Assembly (NCBI GenBank): GCA_018398765.1
Contig: JAHBMJ010000123.1
Location: forward strand, 1 to 56,187
Reading direction: 5' to 3'
From: Chromera velia
Taxonomy: Eukaryota
Length of the DNA stretch: 56,187 nucleotides
The first letter of the stretch is position 1. Each line of letters opens with the position of its first letter. Below, one piece after another: positions 13,187 to 26,601 of the stretch. The position numbers and the translations under genes are program-made. The notes beneath the pieces were generated by a model. The model was not told where the DNA came from and ran no database searches. It saw nothing but the letters and a program-made list of their open reading frames with translations.

Positions 13187-14753
13187 CATCCTCTACAGGA
13201 ACTGAGAAGATTGAGCGGTTTCGATCCAAAGGGCCTGCATATGAATTATCGAAATCACAGGCAAAGTACATATTAATCTCGGATAGCCTATGCATGCTAA
13301 CTCACACAAATATATGCCAATGCCACAAAAACAAATGCATGGCACGCCACGAACGAAAGCAAAACAGAGGCGCATGGCGTACGCCCACCCTTCACCATGC
13401 GCTAACCGATATAAAATTGCAGCCGCCCTAAGTGCAGCTACAAAACTCAAATTATCTCCTTCAAAGCCGATCACGAAGGTGACCAAGACCGGCTGCTAAA
13501 AGCAAACCAAAAGTGATGCGACGGATGTTATGTACTAGGTCACGCGAAAGAAAACCACACTCCTGCAATTCTTTCCAGACACCACACAAAACTGCAATAA
13601 ACAAAGAATCAGGACATAACGAAAAAACAAATGCATGTAAAATATGAGAACGCAAAGTGTCAAGAAGACGATGTGTAGGAACAGCTGATCGCGCATGAGC
13701 ATAGCGAGGAAAGAGAAGAGGAGTCTTCACTCCACCGGTTAGCGAAGATACACGACAGCGATTGAGGTCCTTCGGCAACAAAAACAAGTGGGTACGACAG
13801 TCGCATGGATGAAGCATAAACTGTAGAAAAGTGTCCGAATTTTGCTCCTCAAGCACACATGCATTCACCAGCATAATTTCTCTCACATTTTTTAAAAAAC
13901 TTATTGTAGAGTGATTTTGTGTTAAAATACGTGTTCTCCTATAACTACGCATCGTTTGAGCCACTTTTTGGCTCCATACGCTTTATAGAACACAAAAAAA
14001 AATTAATCATAGTTTGCCCATATTTAGTCACTAGTTCTTAAATATTACCATATTTACCCATATTTACTAATATTTTTATAGGGTAGTCTATAGACAATAA
14101 ATAACAAGGAAAGCAAGCACTAAGTGCCACTAACATTATTCAAAACACGGAGTCACTGTCAGGTTTGTGCAAAGACTTGTATGATGCTGTTCATTCTTAA
14201 TTTGAATTGATGATCAAGATCTGGTAGCTAGCATGTGATTCGAATGTGACGTCTCAGGCTCTCCAAGAATATCTGTACACACCCATTTCAGGTTGACTCG
14301 AAAGCCTGTATTCCACCTGCGTTTACCACTCAGGTCCACTTACTGAGTTCTTCATTCACACAATTCTGTCGGCCTAAATCTCCTTGCATGCATGCATCAC
14401 GGGTGGGTCTATTGAATTTTTCTTGTTCAAATGTTCGGTCAGACTCCTCGATCGGTCTTGGCGACTCTGGAATCATGGATCCAACAGAGAGAGCAGCAAC
14501 GCCTGAGAGCTCTTTTCGGTCTCGTCGGATGTCTTTCGCCCGCAGCAGCCCTCACCCAAGCAACTTGGTGCGATTAGGAAGGCCTCAGTGTGTCACAACT
14601 GTCCGTACTGTCCACCCCCGTCTGTCTCCTCCCTGCAGCAGTTCCGAGAAAAGCACATTCATTCAGAGAGAAAGGACTCAAACCGAAACCAGGCGAGGAA
14701 AGAAGGAGGGGAAATCTGATTCACCGCTGCAAAGGCACGGTTATGGTCAGGTT

Positions 14754-14950
14754 GGCCTCAGTCTCTCTCATGTCACTAAGAAGCACAAAGAAAAAAAAAA
14801 AAAGAAGAAAAAAGAAAAAAGAAAGGCCTCAGTCTCTCTCATGTCACTAAGAAGCACAAAGAAAAAAAAAAGAAAAAAGAAGCAAAAAAAAAAGAAGCAA
14901 AAAGAAAAAAGAAAGGCCTCAGTCTCTCTCATGTCACTAAGAAGCACGGA
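14754..14950 (+). repeat. Three copies of GGCCTCAGTCTCTCTCATGTCACTAAGAAGCAC separated by A-rich tracts
   Basis: Units start at ~14754, 14825 and 14915. Confidence 0.9.
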
Positions 14951-16435
14951 GAAACACAGGAAAGCCGCACAGAACAATTAAGCAATGGGGCGATCGATGC
15001 ATGGATGAGGGAGGGGAGGACCTTGCTTGAGGCACACCCGGTCATAAAAAGAAAGGGACAGATACCGCAAAGTGGTGCCATGAAAAGAAGACTGCATGGT
15101 GCGGATGGATGGTCAGGGGCGGAAAGGAAACAACGTACTCGTAGCGCGTGAAGACTCCTTGCCCATCCTCCATTGCATACCTGTGGAGAGAGAGAGCAAA
15201 CAGGCAAATTGATAGAAAGGATAAATTGAATGCGGCGGGCGCGCAGAGAAACGAAAATTGAAGTGCACAACGGAATCCCTTGCTACAATTGAAGTACAGA
15301 AGATTGCACTGCTGGATCATTACAACGGGCTCGAAGAAGCAGTCGCGCGAAAAGAGGCGGGTACGACGGGTTTCCTCCCTTGCATTTCACTTCTTGACTT
15401 TGCATTTGACCTCACAGAAGTGTGAGATATGGTCTGCTCTGTTCCTTCTGTTTGCCTGTGTGGATGTGAGAGGGCAGACAGAAACAAAACCACAGGAAGG
15501 AGATGAATGAAGGGGTACGCGACCACAACTACTGCGAGCAAAGGAGTGGGCTGACTGACGAGCTTTCTGCTTATCACTTTTCTTTTTTTGTTCTTTTCCT
15601 TCTGAGACGGACAGGCAAGCCAGCAATCTGTCAGGCGTTACGCAAGCACATAGGTTGACGGAAAGACAGCAAGTCAGACAGCATGGAGGCACCAAGGTGG
15701 CAGACAGGAAGGCATGCAGAAAGGCTGGTAGAGAGAACGCGCGATGAAGGCAGACAGACTATATGTTTCTTTTTCTCCCTTCTTTGTTTCAGGCAGGCAG
15801 GCAGGCAGGCTGGCAGACAGACAGACAGACAGCCAGCCTATATGGTTTCTTTTCCTCCTTTTTTTCATAAACACAACAGACAAAAAGAAAGAAAACAGAC
15901 AGACAGAAAGAGCATGACGCATCCATTTTTTGTTTCGCTCTCTGTTGTTTTTCGCTGGCAACCAAGATATCAATAAGAAGTGAAACAAATTTCAGAGGAA
16001 AAGGAAGGAAGGCAGACGGACATGCAACCAGACAGTGGGCAGGTAGACGGTCAGGCTGTGAGACAAGCAGGCAGACAGAGAGAATGTGAAGCAGACGCAC
16101 AGGCAGGTAGACCACCTTGACTTTTCATTCTGCGGTCCCACAAAGCAGCTGGACAACCGACAGACAGCGGCACGCGGACAGGAAGTGAGCAGGGCGGCAA
16201 GAAGGGTACACAGGCGGAAAGCAGACGACAGATAGCTCAGCAGAGAGAGTGATAAGGCAGCCATAACCCTCTACCAGCGCCAGAGAGACAGATGAGACCC
16301 TGGTACAAAGACCGAGCCAAAAGAAGGCTTGCGGCAGCAGGATTGAGGAGGGCTGGTCTCAAAGGCCAAGGAATGGTGTGGCAAGGAGACGGTGAACAAA
16401 CACAGAAGACGGTGAGCAAAAAGAAATCAGCTGAC

Positions 16436-17009
16436 CCTCCCTGCTCGTCTGCCGGCATGACAAAATGGAGCGCGAGGCTTCCAACGCCTGACGCAATCAG
16501 TATTGCCCCTCCCGCAATGGACAATCCCCCCATCTCCCCTCCCAGAGTCATCAACCCAAACCTGCACATGCAAACCGAATCAAGGATGCGTTTTTGTGTG
16601 AAGCGCCTCGGAATACGTCAAGCAGGCGGTAAGCCACAAGCAATAGAGCTCACCCGATGTACAGCAGACCCCGCCCAAAGTACTCCCCTGCAAAAAACAC
16701 ATCAAGAAGCAGGGCGGTGAAGCAACTACTAACTTGAAGGCAGACAAAACACCGTCTCCTAGCTTCCGCATCAAGGTCAGATGCTTACTCACCAACGAAA
16801 GGTACGACCTTCAAAAGCTTCGAAAGACCCAACGGAGAGAATTCCGTTATCAATACAAAGAACCCAGCAAGAACGGCATAAAGAGCTGTGATCCAGACGG
16901 TATAGCAGTTGGGTCGAATCAGGTTAGTGAAGGCTCCAATGATGTAGAGGAGCGCACCGATGGCGCACAGAACGCGCAGTCCCAGCGGAATGAAGTCCTT
17001 CCCCTGCAT
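16436..17009 (-). CDS. COPI-associated/Tvp15-like small Golgi membrane protein; exons 17009-16793, 16687-16654, 16561-16436, 3' end unresolved
   Basis: GT-AG introns join in phase to give MQGKDFIPLGLRVLCAIGALLYIIGAF...KVVPFVGEYFGRGLLYIGFGLMTLGG...; several hydrophobic helices and a GRG-x-x-Y motif typical of this family. Confidence 0.7.
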
Positions 17010-17523
17010 CCCCAGATGTTCATCGATCAACCTGAGCTTCTCATGGACTCACACCCTGTCAAGACATTGGTCCTGAAGACATGCACATGCGTGCAGCAGA
17101 GAGGTTCACGGATGCAAGAGGCAACCACAAACCATAGTGAGAAGACGTGTCAACAGTTAGAAAATAGCTCGGAAGAGCTCGAAGTGCGCAGTAATAGCTC
17201 GGCCAAGCTCTGCATGCATGCGCGCTTTTGCATGGCCGTCTCCCCCTGTAGAGAGAAGAGAAGCGACGAATGCCCTCTCAGACTGCCAGCCCTCTCTGAT
17301 CATTGAACTCAGCCAAGTCGTTGAAGCCAAGCTTACTGTTTGTGTCCATGATGTGTGCACTACGAAAGTACTGAACCGCACTGTTCACAGGCTGGTGCGG
17401 TCTCTTGGTTTGGCACGGTCCGAAAGCGAATTGGTTTCAGAATGACTGCCCGATAGCTAGCTCAAAGTGGTCTTCCCAGCTGGCATGCGTGGATGCTTGC
17501 GCCACCATCCTGACTACGTGACC

Positions 17524-19676
17524 ATGTTTCGGTGCTTCGTATTTTTTGTCCTCGCCTGTGGACTGCTTGGCAGTGTGAGTGTAGGAAGCAGCCTCTCAGC
17601 GTATCAGAGAGCCCGACCGTTTCCATCTTTCAAAAGTCGAAGTCCGCTCACTTCACGAAGATCGGGGAGTCCCCTCTTCTCTAGTGCCAGTGTTCCTGTT
17701 CCTGTGCAAGATGCCGAGGAACGTTTTGTACCAAGCCAGCTCCCAACATATACCGAGACTTATCGGGCCATTGCCGTCACGTCACTCACTCTCCTGCAAG
17801 GTATGTTTCTCTTTCGGAGTCTCCTCCGTGGAATGGTGCTGTCTCTTCACAGCCACGTGTGTTTCGCTCCATGCTGCGGCACAATTTGCAATGACTGTCG
17901 CATTTCTTGTGTCGACTGCCTCAGTTGCCCTTCACCAGCTCTGACCGCGTTCGTTTGCACTGAGGGAGGAATTCCCATGGTTCATTCACTCCTGCCCTGC
18001 CTCCTCTCCTGTCCTCTGCAGACTCTCTTTTGGGTGCGATCGACTCTTCGTGTGTGGGGATTAGATCGTCGTTGGAATTGGCAGCGATGACTCCTGCAGT
18101 GCAGATTGTCAGTACTCAAAGCGTTGCCTGCTAAAAAAAAAGGCTCTTTTGCTTACTCAGTGGGTTTTGTTTTGCTTGATTCGTCGAGGTTGATCATTGC
18201 TTTGGATTTATTTTGGATTTTTTTGTTGTTGGCAGAGGTGCCTCCCAGAGTGTAGACCTTCCGTTCCTCGACGAGTTGCGAAAACAAAACTCATAGGTGT
18301 GTTTTTCAGCAAGAGCATAAACGCAGTAAGCACCTCACTTCCTGCACTCTTGTTGATGAACTGTATGCAGGTCGACACAGCAGCCTACTTTTGCACTTTC
18401 CTCTACAGTCAGTCGCGTTGCCTCCCGATTGATGGCCCTTCTTTTCTCTTTGGCCCTGGTTGCTCGAAATTTGTCTCTCACCGAGATCGACCCAGGCTTC
18501 TGTTCCTCAAAGAAGAGAGAGCAGTTTTTCCTTCCGGCGAGAGTGTCGCCAACACGTTGATTCTCTTTCTAGACTGGAAGTCACTTTTTGTGTGGAACGA
18601 AAGCTGTCTCTCCGATACATTCTCCTGTCGCAGGCTCCACCATTGCTCTGTATGGGAAGAACCTCGCACTGAAAAACATGGAGGGTGCCGCCCGTGTCCT
18701 TTCCAATTCTCTCTGGCTTGCTGTTGGTCTGGGTATTTTGCTGACGGCAACCCTACTGCAGACGTCGTATCCAATTTTGACTCGGATCGTGGCGGGGAAA
18801 TACTCCGCCGACGTGATTCCGGCAGCGCTCTCGTCAGTAAACCCGCTCTTTCCTCTTTCTCCCCCCTCCCATCTGTGGCGCTCCCTCCCTCCTTCCAGTG
18901 CTTCCACACCTGTCTTCCGTCTCATTGCTTCCTTTCTTCATGCAGTCCGTCTGTCCATGCGTCCTGTCTCGGTACCTATCTCTCTTTTTGTATGGCTTTG
19001 TGTTTGCTCATCTTTTAGCGCTTTGTTGGGTGAGATACGCATGACGGTTTCCTCGACTCCTGCTTTCTTTCCGTTGCTTTCAACCTGTTGCTTCTCTGAT
19101 TCCTTTTTCCGTCCTTCCATCACTCTCGCCAGGTGATTTGAAACGCGTGTTGGTCATCTTTTCTGCATAGGCTTCCTTCCGCACTGCCTTCATTTCTCCT
19201 TTTCTTTCTAAGCAACTGCACCCACCTTCCCCCCTGCATGGTTCTTGATTGAATTTTTTCGGATCGGATGCAGATACTGCCAGATTCGTTCTCTTGGGAT
19301 GTGTTTTGGTCTCCTTGCACTTTCCTGTAAGGCCGCTCTAATGGGGCGACGAGACTCCGTCAGCCCTTTCCTCGCAACCCTGGTGTCTTCGGTGGTGAAT
19401 TTGGCGGGAGACGCACTTTTGATTTTTGGGTTCAACTGGGGAATTCGGGGTAGGTCTTTCCTTTCCTTCCCTCTGAGAAAGAGAGAGAGAGAGCCTGGAT
19501 CCAGAGAACAGGAGAGGGGCTGTGCTTTGCCTTGTCCCTCTCTGCCCCCCCCCTCCTTTCTTTTTGAGCAAAGAAACAACCCGCAGTTGACAAACAGCAA
19601 GAATTTTTCTTCACCGGTTGCCAGTCACTTTTTCACAGGGGTCTGTAGGGACTGCAACACTGTCTGCCTAATTTTT

Positions 19677-19713
<37 letters not shown>

Positions 19714-21364
19714 AAGGGGGGGNNNNNNNNNNNNNNNNNNNNNNNNNNNNNNNNNNNNNNNNNNNNNNNNNNNNNNNNNNNNNNNNNNNNNNNNNNNNNN
19801 NNNNNNNNNNNNNNNNNNNNNNNNNNNNNGGGGGGGGGGGGGGGAGACTCACGCACACCATCTGCTTGATTTGCCTTCTCTGAATACACGGGTCAATGCA
19901 GGGGCTGCTTGGGCAACAGTGTTTGCACAAGCCACCTCTGCCGCCCTCTTGCTCTGGCGGTTGATTGTCCTTTCACAGGGATCGGTGGAAAGGGACAAAG
20001 GGCGTGCGGAGGAAACAGGGGAACATCAGAGCAAAGGCGGTGAAGCACGGACCATACAGGCGGGAGAGCCCGGGCCAGACGGAGGCTGCACTCCTTCAGG
20101 AGAGACGGAAGATGCAGATGCTTTCTTGAGTCATTCTCAAGGTGGAAGCATGAAAGGAGACGCAGTCGAAGGGCGAACTCGTAGTTGGGTAGCTCGGAAC
20201 GATCTCCTTGTCAATCTGATGCGGCCCCCGAGGCTTGACGAATTCTCTGTGTTCATGCGGTGAGCTAGAGAGTCCACCTCTGACATGCAGAAAAAATTCA
20301 TTTCGTGTTTGTGCTGTTCCTTCGATTTCTTCTGAATTCATGAATGCAGATCGGAAGGCATTCAACTCTACATGCAGGGACTCAATGATTGATTGTTTGA
20401 TTGATTCATTATTGATTGATTAGTTTCGCAGTAGGTGCCTTCCCGCTGTGTCTATCCGTCGTTAGAGGGGAAAGGGGACGAGATGGATGCTTTGCCCCCA
20501 CCTCCACAGTCCCATTTGGCATACCGCATAATTGTCGACGTGTGCATGCAGGTATGCAAGCTCCCAGCTTCCGACGTACTTCTTTAAGAGCTCCTTCTAT
20601 TTCTGTATGACGCACGTGGTTTCCCTTTTTGGAAACATTGCCCTGGCATCCAATCAGGTGGGTATGAAAAAGAGAGAAAGAAAGAAAGACAGAAAGAAAG
20701 AAAGAAAGAAAAAGGGAAAGAAGGAAGAAAGAAAGGGAGGAAAGAAGAAAGAGAGAAAGAAGGAAGGAAAGAAAGAAAGAAAAAACAACCGGGCAGGGTG
20801 AAGGGAAGACAACACAACGGATGCGAGTCAATCATGCCTTGACACGCTCTCTTGCCGGTTTCTTTTCGTCCGGGTTGCCATGCCCCATCTGAAGGGGGGA
20901 ACAAGAAGCCATTTGCATGCGAGGCAACATAGTGTTCCAAGTGACGGAATCAAAGGGAAACCACTGAGCTTTGGAAGGAGGAGAATTGAAGAGGGGGTGG
21001 CAGTGGAGTGAATGAAGAGAACGTCATGCATATCTCTTGGCCGTGTGGGTTTACATGGACTCTCTTGGGGATTTCCCGTTGGGTGAAATTCTGCTGCGTG
21101 ACCTCAAACATCTTCTACACTCTCTGGTTTCACAGCAAACACTGAATTTGTCGTGCCCATCTTTCTGCTTCCTACCACGCACATGCTCCTCCAAGCAGAT
21201 CGGGATCCAGCTGTACACTACTCTCGTCAACCCAGGGGAAGCCGTTAGCAGTTGCGTGCAGTCGTTTGCGCCTCCAGTCCTCTTTGGTGGTGGGGATGGA
21301 GACACTGGCATGAAGGGAAAAGCTGCAAGCAAACCTACAAAGCGGGGTGGGTTCTCGTCTCTCA

Positions 21365-21417
<53 letters not shown>

Positions 21418-21806
21418 TGGATTTTCGTCGCATCCCATCCCTCTTTAGTCGGCTTTGTTTTGTGTGCTCTTGCCGTTTCTGCATGAATTGCTAACTCCTC
21501 GCTGTTTCATGCCCTTCGTTTTCGATGTGTTGCCACCCCATTCTCCGGCGAAAGAAATGAGCCTCTTTTGGGAGTTTGCTTTTCGAGTTTCCCAGGTAGT
21601 GAAGCTCTTCAGAAGAAAGTCGCGTGTCGTCTCGGCCTCTGTTGCGCCCCTCGACTGCGAATGTGAAATGGACCAGTGTATTGAGAGAAAAATGAACCAT
21701 AAGAAACTTGCAGAGAGATGTGCAGCACCTAGAGAGTTTCCTTTTGCGCAGCGGAGACGTAATTGTCATTGCTGTATTCTCCGTACGGCACCCTCTGTGT
21801 GTGTGT

Positions 21807-21848
<42 letters not shown>

Positions 21849-23366
21849 GTGTGTGTGTGTGCACTGCCAATTTATGTATTGACACTTTGGTCTTTCTCGG
21901 TGTCTGCCCACATCCCTCTCTATTGATGCCTGTGGGCATGTGTCTCAATTCTGCTGATTTCTCCAACTCAGCCCGCTCCCTCACAATCGTGCGTCTCTGC
22001 ATGCCTGTGGGCCCCTTTGCCTCTCTGTCTTCGCAGGGGTGGCAGCAGCATGGCCACTAATGCAGCGGATGTTTGCTGTGGCACTTTTTACCTCGGGCAT
22101 CCTTGGCCTTACAGCATACCTGTCGCCCAGCGTGGCGGCTCACTTCTTCTCCCGGGACCGCAAAGTTCTTGCGGGGGCCCAACGGCTCGGGCCGTGGCTG
22201 GGTGTCGCAGTCGGTGTCTGGCCTGTATGTGCTGCTGCGGAGGCTTTTCTGATCTCTTCCGGAGATTTGGTCTCCATTCCATTGGGGTCAGCTTCAAATG
22301 CATGGAGTTAGTTAACTCACAGAGTAGACATACACTTCTGCATGAACAGGTAGACGTTGTCTCAGTCCGTTTGTGTCACGCCAGTGTCTTCGGAAACTCT
22401 GGAGAGGGAGGAAGAGAGGCTGCGCAGATTCTTTCTTTGGAAAAAAACATTTCTGATCAGAAGGGATGGGTGGGGTTTATGAAGAAATATTGAAAGGCAT
22501 TCTCTCTTGTGAGGCCTGCTTTCCATGCAAAGCAAATTCTGAGACTTCTTCACTTTGGTGATGCGCTGAAAAACAAAGTGTTGTTGCTCCCTCCACGTAA
22601 GCACTCTCTCCTCAACCTTCGTTCAGGTACCTGGGTACGTTCGCCTTGAACACTGTAGTGCTTTTGAAGTTTTTGAAGCAGGCCATCAAGGCAGACGCCA
22701 GGTGGCCCAAAGGAGCCCTGGGCACCCTCCTTGCGGGTTCAAAGATGGCAGGAAAGAAACTGGACTTTCCAGTTGTCTGGCAGGTCCTTGCCTCCTATCA
22801 GGTTAGTCGACGCACGCAAGGACGCATCAAAATTCGCGTGCGTCATTGTTCACGTCCTTGCGTGCGTCAGTTGTCTGGCAGGTCCTTGCTTCCTAAGAAG
22901 TCAGTCGGGTGCGCAGTGTCCTTCGTACTTGATCTTGGGGGTTGCTTTGCAGTCGGGTGGATTCTCTTTATCTGCATTTATTTTTCCCTTTGTCTTCTGC
23001 TTTTTGCCTCTCAAACTTATCGTAAAGACGGATGTTGCGTGAGAGCCATGAAGTGCATTAGAGTGCGTGTCTTGTTTGGTGTTTGTGCAGATTCTCCGGA
23101 CTCTACTCTTCACGTCTCGTGCTGTCTGGCAGATGCTGGCAGCTCGACGAGTCGTCCGACAGCAGGATCGGGAAGCGGAAAGAAGCATTTGGCAGATCCT
23201 GTCGCCGTCTCAGGTTGCAGTTGTTGCTCAGTCTCGCCAACAGCAGACAGAGGAGGAAAAGCCGGCTGCTGCATCAGGCGACGAAAGAACACCTCCAGGC
23301 GAGGGGCGTGTAACGGAAGAAGTCGTTGTATCGAGAGCCGACCCAAAACGCGGGAGTGGCGGATAG
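17524..23366 (+). CDS. MATE family transporter (resembles plant EDS5/DTX46-type), 11 exons, probable plastid-targeting leader
   Basis: In-phase exons 17524-17800, 18022-18107, 18371-18407, 18634-18832, 19274-19449, 19902-20259, 20552-20657, 21199-21346, 22037-22286, 22627-22801, 23091-23366. MATE motifs AIDSSCVG..SSLELAAM, YCQIR, G..DSVSP, VNLAGD, WGIRGAAWAT, LASNQI, GEAVS..QSF. Confidence 0.9.
19723..19829. other. Assembly gap (N run) in MATE intron 5
   Basis: Run of N flanked by poly-G. Confidence 0.99.
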
Positions 23367-23689
23367 CAGATAAGAATGGTTCCCTCTTTCTTCATTCACG
23401 AATGCGAAGAAGATCTTTCCTATCTCTCTGTTGTCACTCGCAGATGTACAGACCCAGTAGTGTACTGAAAATTAATTTGACAGACAGAGCAAGGCGTGAG
23501 TTGTCATTTGGAGTTGTCAATACTCCGTCTTCTCTTGCAGTGCAGTGAAGGCTCAGCACAGATCGTGTGGATTTCAATTCGCAGTGTGGACCGTCTTTTG
23601 TTTTGAGAAGGTAAACTTTAACGTTCAAGCACAGATGCGGTGAATGAAAGGACTGTGTTTTGGACGCACATGAAAACTCCAAAACACAC

Positions 23690-23720
<31 letters not shown>

Positions 23721-25053
23721 GATGCGAGAAAGAGGGGGCGGTAGGGGGAAAGGGGGAAAGAAGCACAAGGGGAATCGGGCAGCGGGGCAGGTAGCACAAT
23801 GCTGAGAAATGAAGAGATGAAGGGAAGAAGGCAGGATAATGAAAAGTCAAAACGAGCGAAGTGATGAGTTGCGATCGGGGAGAGAGGGGATTGGGCAAAG
23901 TCGCTTCGAGGCGATGGTTTGTCATAAAGAAAAAGAAAAGACAAGTGTAAGAATTCCAGATTCTCAGAGCAACACCAATCGTTTGAATACGTCATTTGTC
24001 GGTCTTACGCTGGTAGAAGAGCAACGAAGAGGTAGCACGGCAGAATTAAGAATTTTGGTCTCGATCAAAAAGTCTGCATGTACACAATCTCAATTCAAAA
24101 TAGATTTTGAGTACGCGGCATGACTTATTCGTGTTTGCTTGAAAATGCCGCGACTGCGGCTGAATGTGGGTCTGTGGATTGCATCCTGGCTTTGGGTATG
24201 CAACACGTTACACGTTGGTACAATATATCGAGGTGAACTGAAAACTTCATTTCAAGAAGAATTATATAAGGCCTTCAGTGAGATAAACATTCATGGTATG
24301 TAATTAATCGCAACAACTTGTGAATATTTTATATTATGCTAGATATTATGTCATCTATGTTGTATACATTTTGTGGCTAGTTTTGCGGACATTTACACAG
24401 TGCAGAGTATATCATATGTGTCTGCATGAGCGCTAATGAACATGCATGCATGAACGATTTATGCTTTCATATGTATCCTAGTGTATACTCAAGTATACGA
24501 GAAATCATACGAGATGTGAAAGCCATTCAAAATCTAGCAAGCAGAGACGAGCAGGCTAGGACAGCTTTCCATCAAGAATAAATCACTGACTCACTTGAAG
24601 GATCGTTGAAGATTTCGACAAGTAGATGAATGAAAAGTTGGTCTATGAAAACGATCCCTGGGAGAATTCTAATCCATGAGGCTAGCAAGAAAGCGAAAAT
24701 CTATCGATCGATCGACTAGCTAGCTATCGTATGCTCAAATGAATCGCGCAGCGCAATCTGTCATTCTACGCACTGCGGGAACCCTGGAAAGACAGACGAG
24801 AGTCAGTAGCACTACACTCTTACTGCCATCCTTGGAACACAAGTAGTGATAAGACCAACATTGCTACCCAAAGGAGTGGAAAAACCCAGGCAAAAGGAAA
24901 CAACTGTTCTCTTTTCTTCTAAGCATAGCAGGACGTAACCGCTTTGACACTGATAATGAGCAGCAGAACCTCAAAAGACGCTCTCTGATCTTGTCACGAG
25001 AAAAAACGGTTAAGATTTAGCCATGAAAGACTCAATTTTCGTTTGCCGTCTCC

Positions 25054-26601
25054 ATGTTGACACAAAATATCCTTAAAGGAGCCCACCAAGCAATTTCTCT
25101 ACTTCAATCGCTTTGGGCATCGCACTGTACTCAGACCGCAGTTTCTCTGTCCCTACAGCTGCAGTTTTGCATCCAACAGATCGCATTTGAAGCTGAGAGA
25201 ATCTCAGAATGTGAATCGCGTTTCTATCCTTTTAAACAGAATTGCACGTGGAAGGACGCTGACCAAGGGGACCAGAATGGACTAAAAAACGTCACAGAGA
25301 CTGGGGAGAAGCGAAAACGAAGAGCAAGGAGAGGGAAAAGGCACTCGAGGCTTCGATGGGAGGAAATTTTGAAAGAAGAACGAGAACGAGACGCAGCTGC
25401 TTCACTTCCCGTCCCTCTCCTCCATGACCCGCCCCGAGTGAAGCCCTCTATCAAAGTTACTGTACAGCGCGGCTTTAGTAGCAATCGCCCTTTTCCACTG
25501 TAAGTAGAAGCCTCTCGCACCTCCGCACTAGCCTCCCCGCTTCCATATTTGCAAATAAAGGCCTCCCCCACCTCTGCACAAGCCATCCCGCCACCGTGCC
25601 CACAAGCAAAAGCCTCCCCCACCTCTGCACAAGCCACCCCGCCTCCGTGCCGACAAGCAAAAGCCTCTCCCACCTCTGCACAAGCCATCTCGCTTTCGTG
25701 CCCGCAAGCAAAAGCTTCTCCCACCTCCGTACAAGCCGTCCCGCCTCCGTGCCTGCAAGCAAAAGCCTCTCCTACCTCCGCGCAAGCCGTCCCGCCTCCG
25801 TGCCTGCAAGCAGAAGCCTCTCCCACCTCCGCACAAGCCTTGCCGCCTCCGTGCCTGCAAGCAGAAGCCTCTCCCACCTCCGCACAAGCCTTGCCGCCTC
25901 CGTGCCTATAAACAGGTCCCCCCGGAGTCTCTCCCACTTCTGCACAAGCCTTGCCGCCTCCATGCCCACAAACAAGAGCCTCTCCCACCTCTGTACAAGC
26001 CTCTGTAGCTTCAGCAGACGCTTACGGCACTCGTCCCCCCCCAAACAACTCCACCTCGCCGTCTCTTACAGACGCTTGCGCTAGCGCTTATGGCTTTTGT
26101 CTCCTTCCGAAAGAATCCAGCCCTCCTTCCCTCTCAGACGCTTGCAGAGCTCATCCCCCTCCAAACATCGCTTCCCCCTCAGATGAAAACATTGTTGAAT
26201 CAGAGAAGGAATATGAGGATCTGGAGGAGGGGGAGCTAGAGGGGAAGAGCCATGCAACAGAGAAGAGAAAGAAAAAGAAGAAGAAAAAGAAGAAAAAGGC
26301 AAAGGGGGAGTAAGCTGGTTATGAGAATTCTGTAGTTTTCTTGTGCAACCAGCCTGTGAAGCCAGCCTTTGAAGGAGAAGACATTTCTTCTTTCAACCCA
26401 ATAAGAGATAGCTCTTCTCTTTCCCCGCTTCTCGTGCAAGAGACAGCAGTTGCCATGCTGGACTATCTGGCAAATCAACACAGCTGCACGGCTCGTGCAA
26501 GCGTTGGGCCAGGAGGACGAATGAAGGTGGAGACGGAACTCCCAAGTCATGGGAGAGCACGGTCTTCCAAGCACATCAAAAGATCTGCGAGTACCTTGTG
26601 A
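25054..26601 (+). pseudogene. Single reading frame of unknown function with 17-aa tandem repeats, broken by three in-frame TAA
   Basis: ORFs 25054, 25549, 25951 and 26341 share one frame; two of the TAA lie at the CAA (Gln) position of the repeat unit. Confidence 0.55.
25505..26003 (+). repeat. 51-bp minisatellite (~9-10 units; ASPTSAQALPPPCLQAE)
   Basis: Repeated GCCTCTCCCACCTCCGCACAAGCCTTGCCGCCTCCGTGCCTGCAAGCAGAA-like unit. Confidence 0.93.

Larger units (their letters stand above)
3999..14083. mobile_element. Putative TIR DNA element (CCCTATAAAAATATTA termini, TA flanks) enclosing nested insertions
   Basis: CCCTATAAAAATATTA at 3999 and its reverse complement ending 14083, each flanked by TA; related AT-rich TTTACCCATATTT-like motifs near 4300, 12130 and 14020-14070. 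No transposase recognised. Confidence 0.5.

Noticed and set aside
13193..13964. Minus-strand ORFs as a gene
   Set aside because: No recognisable motifs or consistent frame; lies inside a probable TE.
14754..14950. CRISPR-like 33-bp repeats with spacers
   Set aside because: Spacers are A-rich slippage tracts, the context is eukaryotic, and there are no cas genes.
25501..26313. TAA read as Gln (ciliate-type code)
   Set aside because: Host exons contain no in-frame TAA/TAG and the MATE gene appears to end in TAG; C->T mutation is simpler.
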